From Candidatus Saccharimonadales bacterium (lineage in GTDB: Bacteria > Patescibacteriota > Saccharimonadia > Saccharimonadales > 2-12-FULL-41-12), in the NCBI GenBank assembly GCA_025451045.1, contig JANWLD010000003.1, forward strand, positions 5,690-69,689: a stretch of 64,000 bases of DNA. Direction: 5' to 3'. Shown in pieces: positions 9,901-18,565 of the stretch. Below the pieces are notes generated by a model. It was not told where the DNA came from and ran no database searches. It was given only the letters and a program-made list of their open reading frames with translations. The number at the start of each line of letters is the position of its first letter. Position 1 is the stretch's first letter. The position numbers were made by a program, and so were the translations under genes.

Positions 9901-10877
9901 ATGATACCGGTGCAAGCATCACCACGTCCGATGCGCGCGATATTAGCATCACGTTGGCTAATACTGCCACTGATAGCAATTTCATAGTCAACACTGCCGC
10001 CAGCTCGACTTCTAAGTTTGCTATCCAAAGCGCTGGTACTGACGCGTTTTCCATCACCAACGTTGCCAGCGCAGAAGGTTCGGCCCTGTTCAAGAACAAA
10101 ACTGATAATACTACTGGTTTCCAAGTCCAAAATTCATCAGGCAATGCATTACTCACCGCTGATACTACTAACACACGCTTATATGTAGGCGTTGTAGCGG
10201 GCTCGACTACCGGCACGTCTCTAGTGCTAAGCAATGATACGAACGCGACCTACAGCGCAGGTACTGCCACGAACGCGCCAACCGAGGTAGACGGAGCGAT
10301 GTTCTATAGCTCTACGAACCATAGTTTCTTATGTGGTACGGCCGGATCGTGGCAGACCTGCACAGGACTGCTATATTCGAATACGTCTGCCCCGTCAGCG
10401 GTCAACACATGTACCACAGCCTGCGCAGCCTTCAACGTACCTGCTGCAATCCCGGCCAATTATTGCCAAGCAGGCCGGGTAATCCGTCTGACCGCTAGAG
10501 GCATATGGTCCAGTGCGAACGCTTCCATAGCATTTGGTATTTACTATGGAACCGATGGTACAACTAAAACGAATGATACTCTGCTGGGGGATGCGACCCA
10601 GGCGACCCTAGCCACGCTAGACGCGAACAACTGGGGCTGGTCGCTGGATACGACGATAATATGTTTTGACACGACCCATATGATGGCTGAAACGGTAGAA
10701 ACATCTCGAGTCAGCGCTACCGCCACCACTACCAACGCCACTTACACGACTAATACCTCCTCTAGTACCTCAGTTACTTCCAATTCCGCGAAGAATCTGT
10801 ATGTATTCCCGGCGTTCAGTACATCTGCAGCCGGTAATACAGCAACACTTCAGCAATTAGTGGTTACTGGCAACTAG
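3912..10877 (+). CDS. Giant membrane-anchored surface/adhesin-like protein with N-terminal Cys4 zinc finger
   Basis: 2321 aa; C9xxC12...C26xxxC30; Pro/Thr/Gln linker; RKRR then TM helix at about aa 271-292; T/G/S/N-rich repeats (STTAFQxQNxxG..LFxxDTTN, LTLPxxDGxxGxCLxTNGSGxLxF); Gly-rich domain. Confidence 0.85.
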   Translation: MAATKIKKCQMCLALFTATRKDAKTCSATCRKRLHRTLQANTVQEKVAKVERVVSEEFHRLAGSLLGNHVAFEPLLLSDETGSIPVVEAPPETTENNLASTDPVVAPPTWAEGEAHQLASVAAPVSVSPAAPAPAPAQPAPTQPLHQPGNVFTPDSAAPQASTTPVAAETTTNSTNSDSLESEQKTTSNQNLPTDITNQTIQPTATNPSNELNNQLGTAAAQQRVDLFSMASSSGPVAVTDKQADTYSPLNFIKGIFGLGNSEASRKRRNWALGLVLPLFLIGIGGSIFFSLQEKNHQLASNQQQAEPSGPAKPINFSDGYKLSTNVPLEANQSIIISPTAQPKDLQKGQIFFDQTANELFYYNGTEVIGLNPSTITINGQGGDVALGSGLGFSGGTLSNSGVTGINGTANQINVNHATGSVTLSLPQNIGTASTPTFAGLNLASALPVSEGGTGATSFAANTVLLGNGSGALQSTNVGSTGECLIIDSGGTPTFQNCASGGGVFAGGSQTPGTLTKFDTTTNQIVDSLVSESGSTVTVNGDLSITGTTSGNGSGLTDLNASQLTSGTIPSARVTGNYTGITGTGALTTGSIASGFGTISTGNNITTSATIQGGVVNATTTLQLGGTNINTGGTLSNVAYLDQDNTLTGHNLFQNFSNSTTAFQIQNSTGTSNLFVADTTNTRIGIGTAGPGYRLDVQGGDINTSGMYRANGSQISSANLSNDANLAKINGSNIFSAANTFSSTVAIQGANSLTLGTASNVGSVIFRDGASANTGTLQLEGTLGGNVTYNLPTSTGTQTVCTIETGNCAGSGSGVTGSGTINKLAKFTDGQEIGDSSITDDGSTVTVSASQVIQGAAGLTIGANAVNGQLVLKNSSNANTLTLQSGVTTSNLTLTLPTGDGSNGYCLKTNGSGILAFASCTGGPGGGVTSVNALSGTLNLEGTANQISVSSAGDTITLSLPQDINIGGNAAFRTITLTGADTADNLIVANALSGATGKLLDLKVNNVSKVTIDASGNINTVGQYQVNGLQISSANLSNDANLAKLDGTGPQTFTGNNLFKSDSTTAFQVQNSAGTSNLFVADTTNTRIGIGTPTPGYTLDANGDINTSGVYRIGGNTICSASGCTATSGSGSYVQNGTVMQTANFNIQSAAAGSVTAVIQGANSQSADLLQLKTSTPFTVMSVGATGAALFKNSADSTAAFQIQNAGGQSLFVANTTAQQIAIGPAAIPANGVLTIGTNTTATSGGIYFGTDTNLYRSAGATLTTDTALTVGGTLAVAGGVSGGGTGASGGTGGGASGDDGGAGGGAIGTVNGGSSTGIDTGITGAQSIDISGLFAVLTNVGGFPTTSPGAGSPTGSGVTANINHGGSATGFGCGGGGAGFYGGNGGNGLYGGGGGGAAGFSATNMTGGAGGQGVVVISPVGGTNVVKTSGSSYTVPAGITTIKVWAIGAGGGGGGATDIDPSSGGGGGAGGVAYRTFVVVPGNTISYSLGTGGAGGIDTNNGTDGGSTTFTVGATTITANGGAGGKYNNAATNNGGTFSSGNTGSVVVNGGLTVTGNTTLFQNYTNSTTAFQVQNTAGTNIFNVDTTNSKIGTANTTVASTDSAALTIKSGDASGSTSNSGAVTIDSGTATGTAGNISIGTGAYAHNVTIGNTTGSSAVTIQGGTGAINIGTQAVADTITIGNSTGASSVVINNGTGALNIGTNAIAHTITLGNSTGATSIVANCGTGACSFGTNAIAHTTTVGSLTGAATTTIQGGTGGVNLGTGGIANTIQIGNTTGGVAQTINIGNNGTGGSTNTVVIGSTIAGATTLQSAGGVSITTLGSADTATFLCRNSSNIIATCTSSGTSFNQSGNSFGATATLGTTDNNGLNIITNSATVASLSNSGAALFKNASNSTAGFQVQNSSGNELLTVDTTNSKIILGKANTVNGTIDFKSSSSAYTVTLQAGATGSTNPSFTLPTADGTTGQCLQTNGSGVLSFGACIGVGTTGTLQQSYDTGASITTSDARDISITLANTATDSNFIVNTAASSTSKFAIQSAGTDAFSITNVASAEGSALFKNKTDNTTGFQVQNSSGNALLTADTTNTRLYVGVVAGSTTGTSLVLSNDTNATYSAGTATNAPTEVDGAMFYSSTNHSFLCGTAGSWQTCTGLLYSNTSAPSAVNTCTTACAAFNVPAAIPANYCQAGRVIRLTARGIWSSANASIAFGIYYGTDGTTKTNDTLLGDATQATLATLDANNWGWSLDTTIICFDTTHMMAETVETSRVSATATTTNATYTTNTSSSTSVTSNSAKNLYVFPAFSTSAAGNTATLQQLVVTGN

Positions 10878-10888
10878 GAAAGATGGGT

Positions 10889-11467
10889 TTACTTTTGCAA
10901 GGAGTTCAAGACTTGTTTAAGCTGGTCTTGATTAATGTCATACGGCGCGGTGATTATTAACCAAGTTTTATTATTCGTGGGCAGGCTAACAACCGTTTTT
11001 AAATTTTTCTCAGTGCCGTAAGCCCCTACCTCTGCTTCGCCGAGGTTCGTGCCCATCTTATTACGCAAGGGAATATAATTGCTGTAAAAGCTTTGGATTT
11101 TGCTGTCCGAAGGCTGCTGCTGGGTAGAGAATATCAACTTCTTGCCGTCGCCATAGTTGACGGAGTAAATTATCACGCCTTTCTCCGGAGAAGTAAAAGA
11201 GCCCTTGTTAAGCGTGTAGCCGTTGGGTAATTTTTTGATATCTGGGTAATAGACAGGGAAGTTAACTGATTCGCTAAGGTTTTTAGGCACAGGGCTTTTG
11301 GTGCTGTTAGCGTAGAGCCATCCACCAGCACAGGCAATACCGGCGGCAATAACAAAGCAAATGATTGCCATTTTTAACTTACGGTTGCTTTTTTTAGATC
11401 GAAATTCGCGTCGCTCATTAGTTTCTTCTCGATCTGTACTTAAGGGGTCAGTTTTTGTTCTCTGCAT
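10889..11467 (-). CDS. Hypothetical membrane-anchored extracytoplasmic protein
   Basis: Basic N-terminus, one TM helix, FPVYYP..LPNGY motif. Confidence 0.75.
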   Translation of the reverse strand: MQRTKTDPLSTDREETNERREFRSKKSNRKLKMAIICFVIAAGIACAGGWLYANSTKSPVPKNLSESVNFPVYYPDIKKLPNGYTLNKGSFTSPEKGVIIYSVNYGDGKKLIFSTQQQPSDSKIQSFYSNYIPLRNKMGTNLGEAEVGAYGTEKNLKTVVSLPTNNKTWLIITAPYDINQDQLKQVLNSLQK

Positions 11468-11526
11468 GACTCCAATGTTATCGTAAGCGTTTGGCCAAAA
11501 GCAAACCCGTCACTTAAACTGAAACA

Positions 11527-11650
11527 TTGACATTAGCAATATTAAATGCTACCATAAGTACAATTCGGGAGAATTAGAGGGGTCCTAGAGGACCTTTTTT
11601 ATTCCTCTGAAATCCGGGTGGACCTATAAACTTAAGGGAGGTCACGACAG
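11527..11650 (+). promoter_or_regulatory. Promoter and structured leader of the KGG-protein gene
   Basis: TTGACA(11527)-N17-TACCAT; hairpin GGTCC-TAGA-GGACC-T6 at 11581-11600; SD GGGAGG inside GACCT...AGGTC stem. Confidence 0.55.
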
Positions 11651-11845
11651 ATGGCTGGAACTAAAACTGGCGGCAAAGCCGCAGCAAAGACTAACAAAAC
11701 TAAGTACGGCTCTGATTTTTACGCAAAAATCGGTGCTATGGGCGGCAAAAAAGGCCGAACTGGCGGATTCTACGCAAACCGTGAATTAGCCCGACTTGCT
11801 GGCGCTAAGGGCGGGCGTATTAGCCGTCGTACTAAGAAGGGCTAA
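11651..11845 (+). CDS. Small KGG-repeat (general stress-type) protein
   Basis: FYAKIGAMGGKKG, ELARLAGAKGG motifs; strong SD. Confidence 0.85.
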   Translation: MAGTKTGGKAAAKTNKTKYGSDFYAKIGAMGGKKGRTGGFYANRELARLAGAKGGRISRRTKKG

Positions 11846-11869
11846 ACTTCTTAGTTAAATAACGAAGGG

Positions 11870-11899
11870 CCGCTTGGGCAACCAAGCGGTTTTTCTTTT
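11870..11899 (+). terminator. Intrinsic terminator
   Basis: CCGCTTGG-GCAA-CCAAGCGG followed by T-rich tail. Confidence 0.85.
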
Positions 11900-11938
11900 G
11901 TTTTGTATTAATTCTATCCGCTACAACCTATAACCTAA

Positions 11939-12394
11939 TCACCGGGAAAGCGATAAGCTTTTCCTGTATGTGCGACAAAAACGTTCGCTGGAAACTTTCC
12001 AGAGATGGCCACAGTTTATACAGCGGTAATTACCGGTAGTTGTCTCGACTCCGGCTTGGGAACAATTGGGGCAAGAACTCCTTTTATAGACCCAGTCCCT
12101 ATAGGTGTCCAGGCATTTGTCTATATGTTTCTCGTTAATCTTATGGCCATATTTCTTTGCTAGTTCTCGGGCTTTTTCCCAAGCCTCCACTTCCATGCGA
12201 AGCAAGCCTAAATCATTTGAATAATAGGTATGGTCACACAGCATATGCCCGGCCTCATGAAGTAATGACCATGCCGGATTCTTTGAATTCTCGACAAAAT
12301 ATATGGTTTTTTCTTCTGGCGACCACTGAAACCTATCTGCAGCGACGAATTTTATCTTTGAGAAGTCTTTTTGCAACTGCTTAATAATTGTCAT
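11939..12394 (-). CDS. Putative zinc metallopeptidase (HExxH, ImmA/IrrE-like) with C-terminal Zn ribbon
   Basis: LLHEAGH plus downstream EVEAW; CPNC...CINC. Confidence 0.65.
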   Translation of the reverse strand: MTIIKQLQKDFSKIKFVAADRFQWSPEEKTIYFVENSKNPAWSLLHEAGHMLCDHTYYSNDLGLLRMEVEAWEKARELAKKYGHKINEKHIDKCLDTYRDWVYKRSSCPNCSQAGVETTTGNYRCINCGHLWKVSSERFCRTYRKSLSLSR

Positions 12395-13215
12395 TTAACT
12401 AGCCCGTGTTGTTTTAGAAGCACGAAGCAACCATAAATGACCGACTTATCACCGTATTTCGGTCCGAGAAGTGCCTTAGGCTTTCGGATTAACGGCGAAA
12501 GGTGGGAATCCAGATAATTATTGACCGAACCGGCAAATTTATCAGCGAACTGTCCCGCGCCGCCGCCAAAGATAATAACCTCTGGCTGCATTTCACTGCA
12601 ACACACAGCTACACCGTAACCGATGCGTTCTCCTATTTCTTGCCACTGGTTTTCGTCCTTTATCTCTGCAGCTTGTTTGCCGTATATCTTAGTTATGGCT
12701 TTACCGGAGGCAAAACTTTCCCATGTCTGCGATTTTCCTTCGTAAAGTAAAGGCATTTGGCCTACTTCCATATCCTGCAGAGCTTCGACTATCTTGCCGT
12801 CTTCAATTACTGCGCCCCCTATACCGGTACTAATTGTCAGATAAAGTACTTTTTTGTATTCACCAGCAACAGCTCCGGCTTCAGCTAGCCCGCCTAAGCG
12901 GGCGTCGTTTTCTATAATTACCGGTATATCACCGATAACTTTTGAAAGATCGTCTCTTATAGGTTTTTCTTTCCAGCTAATGTTACCTAAAGCATGCGCT
13001 ACCCCCGTATCTCTTGATATCAAACCCGGTACTGCTACAGAACATGCAATATTTGTGTTCGTTGATAAATCAGCAACGTTTTTTTCCAAATCACGGATAA
13101 AAACATTATAATCTTGATTTGTCGTAAATTTTTGTTCAGCAATTATCTTTCCCGCTGAATCAAAAATCGCGATAAGTGTTTTGGATCCTCCGATATCGAT
13201 ACCAAGATAGTTCAT
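12391..13215 (-). CDS. ROK-family sugar kinase
   Basis: GIDIGGSKT, IENDARLGGLAEA, YLTISTGIGG, EVGQM, IIFGGG. Confidence 0.92.
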   Translation of the reverse strand: MNYLGIDIGGSKTLIAIFDSAGKIIAEQKFTTNQDYNVFIRDLEKNVADLSTNTNIACSVAVPGLISRDTGVAHALGNISWKEKPIRDDLSKVIGDIPVIIENDARLGGLAEAGAVAGEYKKVLYLTISTGIGGAVIEDGKIVEALQDMEVGQMPLLYEGKSQTWESFASGKAITKIYGKQAAEIKDENQWQEIGERIGYGVAVCCSEMQPEVIIFGGGAGQFADKFAGSVNNYLDSHLSPLIRKPKALLGPKYGDKSVIYGCFVLLKQHGLVK

Positions 13216-13420
13216 CTCAGGCGATAGTGTATCGTGTCGGGGGATATTTTGTAAAATTTTAAGCAGTGTTTGCCATCCACCTATAAAACAGATATAATGA
13301 AGTTAATCTTTCAGGGTTAAACTTAATACTTAGTCAAAGCTAGCTAACAAGGCCGCTTATAAAAGTAAGCAGTAGTAAGTTTGTCCGAAGAAATATTTTA
13401 TAAGGAGGCATGAACTAAAC

Positions 13421-14551
13421 GTGTCAAAATCAGCAACAATAACTATGGATGATTTGCTCAAGGACCAGAAAATAGCTGATCATCTTAAAACCGGCGATGT
13501 GGTAGAGGGCATTGTCGACAGTGTTAGCAAAAGGGAGGTCTGGGTAGACTTAGGTCCGCACGGACTCGGCGCAGTCATGGGCCGGGAAATCGGCCACGGC
13601 CAAAAACTGGAAAAAGGACAAACGGTAACTGTAAGTGTCGTTGACTCCGAAATGGACGAAGGCTACGCGCTTTTAAGCATGCGCCGCGCTGCCAAAGACC
13701 GGGGTTGGGACGAGCTCCAGCGTATATTTGAAAATGAAGAAATAGTCGAAATCATACCTTATGATGCTAACAGAGGCGGGCTATTGGTAGAGCTGGAAGG
13801 AATCCGAGGATTTCTGCCGGTTTCGCAACTGGCGGCCGGGCATTATCCAAGGGTTTCCGGAGCGGACAAGGACGAAATACTCCAGAAGCTGAACGCTTTG
13901 GTCAATAAAGGTATAAGATGCCGGATACTGGACGTCAGCCGTAAAGATAACAAGCTTATCTTTTCTGAAAAAGAAGCAGTTAAAAATGATATGCAAGCTT
14001 TATTCTCCAAATTGGCCGTTGGCGATACCGTAGAAGGCATAGTGACTGGCGTAATTGACTTTGGGGCATTTGTGAACGTTGATGGTATAGAAGGTCTTAT
14101 TCATATTTCGGAAATATCATGGGAGCGCGTAGAAGACCCCAAAGATTATGTAAAAGTCGGTGAAAAAGTGAAGGCCAAGATAATCGCTATTGATAAAGAC
14201 CGCCTGAGCTTAAGCCTGAAACAGATGCAGAAAGACCCATGGTTGGATGAGGTCAGCAAGTTCTCCGAAGGCTCAACAGTTGAGGGCAAGATTACCCGCA
14301 TAACTCCTTTTGGCGCTTTTGTACAACTGAGCCCTTCGGTAGAAGCATTAGTGCATGTTTCGGAAATGGGCAGCGATGATTCGGCCGATCCGGAGAAACT
14401 TTTTAGACTGAATGAGAATAAACAATTCAAAATGATAGATATTGACACCGAAGCGCGTAAGATAGCCTTGAGCCTGAAGGATTCGAAACCGAAAGATAGT
14501 AAACCCAAGGCAGAAAAAGCTAAACCCAAGGCTAGTAAATCTAGTAAATAA
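13421..14551 (+). CDS. rpsA: 30S ribosomal protein S1
   Basis: Four S1 repeats (NRGGL, FGAFV, EGLIHISE). Confidence 0.93.
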   Translation: MSKSATITMDDLLKDQKIADHLKTGDVVEGIVDSVSKREVWVDLGPHGLGAVMGREIGHGQKLEKGQTVTVSVVDSEMDEGYALLSMRRAAKDRGWDELQRIFENEEIVEIIPYDANRGGLLVELEGIRGFLPVSQLAAGHYPRVSGADKDEILQKLNALVNKGIRCRILDVSRKDNKLIFSEKEAVKNDMQALFSKLAVGDTVEGIVTGVIDFGAFVNVDGIEGLIHISEISWERVEDPKDYVKVGEKVKAKIIAIDKDRLSLSLKQMQKDPWLDEVSKFSEGSTVEGKITRITPFGAFVQLSPSVEALVHVSEMGSDDSADPEKLFRLNENKQFKMIDIDTEARKIALSLKDSKPKDSKPKAEKAKPKASKSSK

Positions 14552-14598
14552 TAACCGGTTGTTTAAAAATGTAATTTAAAAGCAAGGAGGAACGACGA

Positions 14599-16356
14599 AT
14601 GACGCGAACAGTCCAAATCGAAGACGGCCTGACAGTCGGTACCCTTGCTGAAAAACTGGATATCCCAGTTTCTAAACTGATTGCTGAGCTAATGAAGAAC
14701 GGCGTGCTAGCTACCGTCAATGAACGGATTGATTTTGACACCGCGGTTATCATAACTTCTGAAATTGACCCAGAAATTACCTTGGAACAAAAACAGGAAG
14801 AAGCCGAAATTCCACGCAAAAAAGCCAAAGCCACTACCGAGGGCGAAAGCCGCCCGCCGGTAGTGGCGGTGATGGGGCATGTCGACCACGGCAAGACTTC
14901 GCTCCTGGACGCCATATGCGGCACCAGTATGGCGAATAAGGAGGCCGGCGGCATAACTCAGCATATCTCGGCTTATCAGGCCAAACACGGCGACAGAGTG
15001 ATTACTTTTCTTGATACGCCGGGCCACGAGGCTTTTGCGGCTATTCGGGAGCATGGCGCCCACCTTACCGACTTGGTAGTGATTGTAGTCGCGGCGGATG
15101 ACGGCATAAAACCGCAGACGCTGGAAGCTATCCGCTTCGCCCAAAAAGCCGGAGTCAAAATACTGGTAGCAGTAAACAAGATTGACAAAGAAGGCGCTGA
15201 CTCTAATAAGGTTAAACAGCAATTGGCAGAACAAAAACTGATGGTAGAAGAATGGGGCGGTGATACCGTTGTCGTCGAGGTGTCGGCCAAAGCGGGCACC
15301 GGAATCGAAAAACTATTAGAGATGATTCTTTTGATATCGGATGTAGAAGAGTTGAAAGCTGAAACCGCTACACCCGCAGAAGGACTAATAATCGAAGCAC
15401 ATATGGAGCAGGGCAGAGGGCCGGTAGGTGTGGCTCTGGTGGAGCAAGGGACTCTTCAAAAAGGCGATTTTGTAGTATCAGGTACAACATATGCCAAAGT
15501 ACGCAATCTGGAAACCACTACCGGAACCACGCTGGACAAAGCCGGACCGTCGACACCCGTAACACTGACAGGCTTTAAGGAATTGCCGCGTTTCGGCGAT
15601 GAGTTCAAAGTGGTAAATGATGAAAAAGCCGCCCGCAGACTGGTTGAAGCAAATGCCCGCGTATCATCTGGTGATGATAAGAATGCTATGACCGGTGGCG
15701 AGCTGATACGGATTATTGATAAGAAAAATCAGGTTTCCGAGCTAAATGTGATTGTAAAAGCTGATGTTCAGGGCTCGCTAAAATCCGTTGTCGATGGCCT
15801 GCGTTCGCTTAATACTGAAGAGGTGGCTGTCCGGATAGTCGGCTTTGGCATTGGCAATATTACGGAAAAAGATGAGCATATGGCCCATACCAGTAGCGCT
15901 ATTATCTATGGATTTAATGTTGAGACACCTACAAATGTAAGACAGCTTTCTAACAGAGATAAAGTATCGATTAGACTATTCAAAGTAATATATGAACTTA
16001 TAGATGACGCCAAGGAAGAAATGGTCAAACTATTGGCTCCTGAAGTGATACGAACGGACTTGGGCCGATTACTGGTAAAAGGCATTTTCAAAATTACCAA
16101 GACAGAAGTAATCTGCGGCGGTGAAGCAACAAAAGGCAAGCTTGTGGTTCCCGCTTATGCTACGGTATACAGAGATGATGAAATTATCGCAGAACAAGTC
16201 GAAATTGTTAGCCTCAAACACGGTCCGCAGGAGACCAAGGAAGTGAATACTGGTGAAATGTGCGGCGTAAGCTTCAAATCCGAATCACGAGTTGACTTGA
16301 AAGAAGGCGATAAGCTGGAATTCTTTACCCTAGAAACTAAGCAAAGAACACTTTAA
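14599..16356 (+). CDS. infB: Translation initiation factor IF-2 (short N-terminus)
   Basis: RPPVVAVMGHVDHGKTSLLD, EAGGITQHI, DTPGHEAF, NKID, KADVQGS. Confidence 0.97.
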   Translation: MTRTVQIEDGLTVGTLAEKLDIPVSKLIAELMKNGVLATVNERIDFDTAVIITSEIDPEITLEQKQEEAEIPRKKAKATTEGESRPPVVAVMGHVDHGKTSLLDAICGTSMANKEAGGITQHISAYQAKHGDRVITFLDTPGHEAFAAIREHGAHLTDLVVIVVAADDGIKPQTLEAIRFAQKAGVKILVAVNKIDKEGADSNKVKQQLAEQKLMVEEWGGDTVVVEVSAKAGTGIEKLLEMILLISDVEELKAETATPAEGLIIEAHMEQGRGPVGVALVEQGTLQKGDFVVSGTTYAKVRNLETTTGTTLDKAGPSTPVTLTGFKELPRFGDEFKVVNDEKAARRLVEANARVSSGDDKNAMTGGELIRIIDKKNQVSELNVIVKADVQGSLKSVVDGLRSLNTEEVAVRIVGFGIGNITEKDEHMAHTSSAIIYGFNVETPTNVRQLSNRDKVSIRLFKVIYELIDDAKEEMVKLLAPEVIRTDLGRLLVKGIFKITKTEVICGGEATKGKLVVPAYATVYRDDEIIAEQVEIVSLKHGPQETKEVNTGEMCGVSFKSESRVDLKEGDKLEFFTLETKQRTL

Positions 16357-16372
16357 TTTAAGAGTAGAAAAT

Positions 16373-18163
16373 ATGGCAAATCCTAATCAAGGCCCCTGGA
16401 TGGGCGAAATGGGAGATGACGACGAAGACGACGACTTGCTGGGCGAGGGCGGGAAGGCTGAAGACGAATCCTGGTTCTTGCCACCGGCCGAAGAGGCACC
16501 GGACTTTTTCTCTTCTGAAGCCGCCGATGACTTATTCGGGAGCGAAGAAGATCCCGAGGATAAAGATAGTCCGGAAGGCGGTATTTTCAGTAACTTAGGT
16601 GAGACGGAAGATGATGAGGGCGAAGAAGGGGAAGACCAGCAAACCGAATCACCGGAAGAGACGCCCCAAGAAGAACCCTCAGCCCAGGAAGACGTCGTTG
16701 AAGAAGCTGACGATGAGACGCTGAACATTCCGCATGAGGAGGAGGACGAAGCGCCAGACACCGACGAGCCAGATTCGAGAGAATTAGCTCAGGCAGAGAG
16801 CGAAGAGCCAACTGAAGTGACCGAAACAGGAGAAAATTCCGAGGAGAGTGCCTCTGAAGAGCCATCTGTACAAAGTGAACAAGCTTCGCAGGACACACCG
16901 GAAGAGGAGCCGGCTATCATAGAAAATGAACCTGAACCCGAATCGGAGGTCGAGACTGAGCCTCAGGAGGCAGAAATTGCTGAAAGTACCGAAGAGAAAC
17001 CAGAAGAACCTGAATCCTCGGAGAATATTGAAACTGAACCTGAAGAGCCGGAATCTGAGGCCGAACAAAATGAGGATTTAACAGAGCAAAGTGAACAAAA
17101 CCCGGATGAGTCGGAACTCACAGAAACTGAGGAAGAAGTTCCTTTGGAAGACCAATTGCAGGAAATCGAGGAAATCGTCGAAGAAGCTCCCATCGAAGAA
17201 GAACCGTCCGAAATCGAGGAAATAGAGCAGGCAGAAGCAGAAGAAATGCCTGAAGAGGAAGAAGAGCCTGAAAACGCTCAGGAACAAGAAGATGATATAG
17301 ACGAGGACATGGAAAAAGAAAAAGCCGCCCGCGAAGAGGAACTTGAGCGAATCCGGCATAAACTCGACAGCGAATTCCAAAAGGACGAAACCCGCCGCAA
17401 TACTGCCGCGCAGCAGGCAGAACGGGGCAAGAGCATAGAAGACTATATGATTGATATTGATACCCTGAACATGGGGATGCTGGTGCATTATCTAAGTAAA
17501 CGCCGCGACAAGAAGCTGGGCAGAGAAATTGAAGATACCAAAAAATCATTGGAACAACTACGCGGTGAGGTTGAAGACGGAGAAACCCCGACTCAGCTGG
17601 CAGAACAGGGCCAGTCTGAGGATGAAGAAACTGACGTTGAAATGCAAGCCGAGGCTTTGAATGAAAACGAAACAACCGCTTCAGCGCTTGAAAAAGGCGT
17701 TGAAACAGAAGAAGAGACGGCTAATATTGAGGCAACGGCAATGGAGCAGTCTCGACAAAATCAAGAATTCAGCAATGCTGAGGCAGGAAACACTAATCCC
17801 CAGACAGAAGAAATCCATGTCGAAACTTTGACCCGCCAGAATGAAGTTGACCAGCATCTTTCGGAAGAAGAATCATTTGAACGGCGCCAGGAAACAACCA
17901 GCCAGCCGAAAGACCAAGCCCTTCAAGGGGTATCGCCAGAGCATGTTTCGGGTTCGGCCGTGCCTATATCCGATATAATCAATGTCAGAGAGCAGACGCC
18001 TAACAACGACAGCCAGGCTGGCGGTTTGTCCAATACGGCTGAAACGAAAGAAAATGCCAATCAGGAAATACCGGCGGAAAAATATAGAAAGTCTGTCCGC
18101 GTCGGTGTAGCGGCCGGCTTGACCATAACGGGAGCACTACTTTTATATCTGTTATTCTTCTAA
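16373..18163 (+). CDS. Highly acidic, low-complexity protein with C-terminal TM anchor
   Basis: 596 aa, Glu/Asp-dominated; single hydrophobic helix at the extreme C-terminus. Confidence 0.75.
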   Translation: MANPNQGPWMGEMGDDDEDDDLLGEGGKAEDESWFLPPAEEAPDFFSSEAADDLFGSEEDPEDKDSPEGGIFSNLGETEDDEGEEGEDQQTESPEETPQEEPSAQEDVVEEADDETLNIPHEEEDEAPDTDEPDSRELAQAESEEPTEVTETGENSEESASEEPSVQSEQASQDTPEEEPAIIENEPEPESEVETEPQEAEIAESTEEKPEEPESSENIETEPEEPESEAEQNEDLTEQSEQNPDESELTETEEEVPLEDQLQEIEEIVEEAPIEEEPSEIEEIEQAEAEEMPEEEEEPENAQEQEDDIDEDMEKEKAAREEELERIRHKLDSEFQKDETRRNTAAQQAERGKSIEDYMIDIDTLNMGMLVHYLSKRRDKKLGREIEDTKKSLEQLRGEVEDGETPTQLAEQGQSEDEETDVEMQAEALNENETTASALEKGVETEEETANIEATAMEQSRQNQEFSNAEAGNTNPQTEEIHVETLTRQNEVDQHLSEEESFERRQETTSQPKDQALQGVSPEHVSGSAVPISDIINVREQTPNNDSQAGGLSNTAETKENANQEIPAEKYRKSVRVGVAAGLTITGALLLYLLFF

Positions 18164-18202
18164 AGAGGATAATTTGTTAAAATAAAGTAAACAAGGAATA
18201 AA

Positions 18203-18565
18203 ATGTTTAAACTCGACAATAATTTTCTAAAAGAACTTGGCCTCGACACTCTGCCTAATCAGGAAAAGAACCGGATGCTATCGCATATCTATGAAACACT
18301 CGAAATGCGTGTCGGCGTAAGATTGGCCAGCGGGATGAGCGATGCCCAGCTGGATGAATTTGAAGGCTATATCAACAAAAATGACGAAGCCGGCGCGCTG
18401 AAATGGCTGGAGACCAATTTCCCAAATTACAAGGATGTCGTGGCCGAAGAGTTGAACAAACTTAAATCAGAAATTAAAGCTTCAGCGCCGCAGATTTTAG
18501 CCGAAGCTTCCAATAACCCGATACAGCCGCCATCTCCTGGCGGCCCAACTCAACCTGCAGCTTAG
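18203..18565 (+). CDS. DUF5663-like conserved CPR protein
   Basis: LKELGL..LP..EK...IYETLEMRVG.RL...SDAQLDEFE...WLETNFPNYKDVV pattern. Confidence 0.7.
   Translation: MFKLDNNFLKELGLDTLPNQEKNRMLSHIYETLEMRVGVRLASGMSDAQLDEFEGYINKNDEAGALKWLETNFPNYKDVVAEELNKLKSEIKASAPQILAEASNNPIQPPSPGGPTQPAA

Noticed and set aside
4649..10741. Many antisense and alternate-frame ORFs within the giant gene and other long genes
   Set aside because: Shadow ORFs expected from codon bias in Thr/Gly/Ser-rich or conserved genes; no independent motifs.
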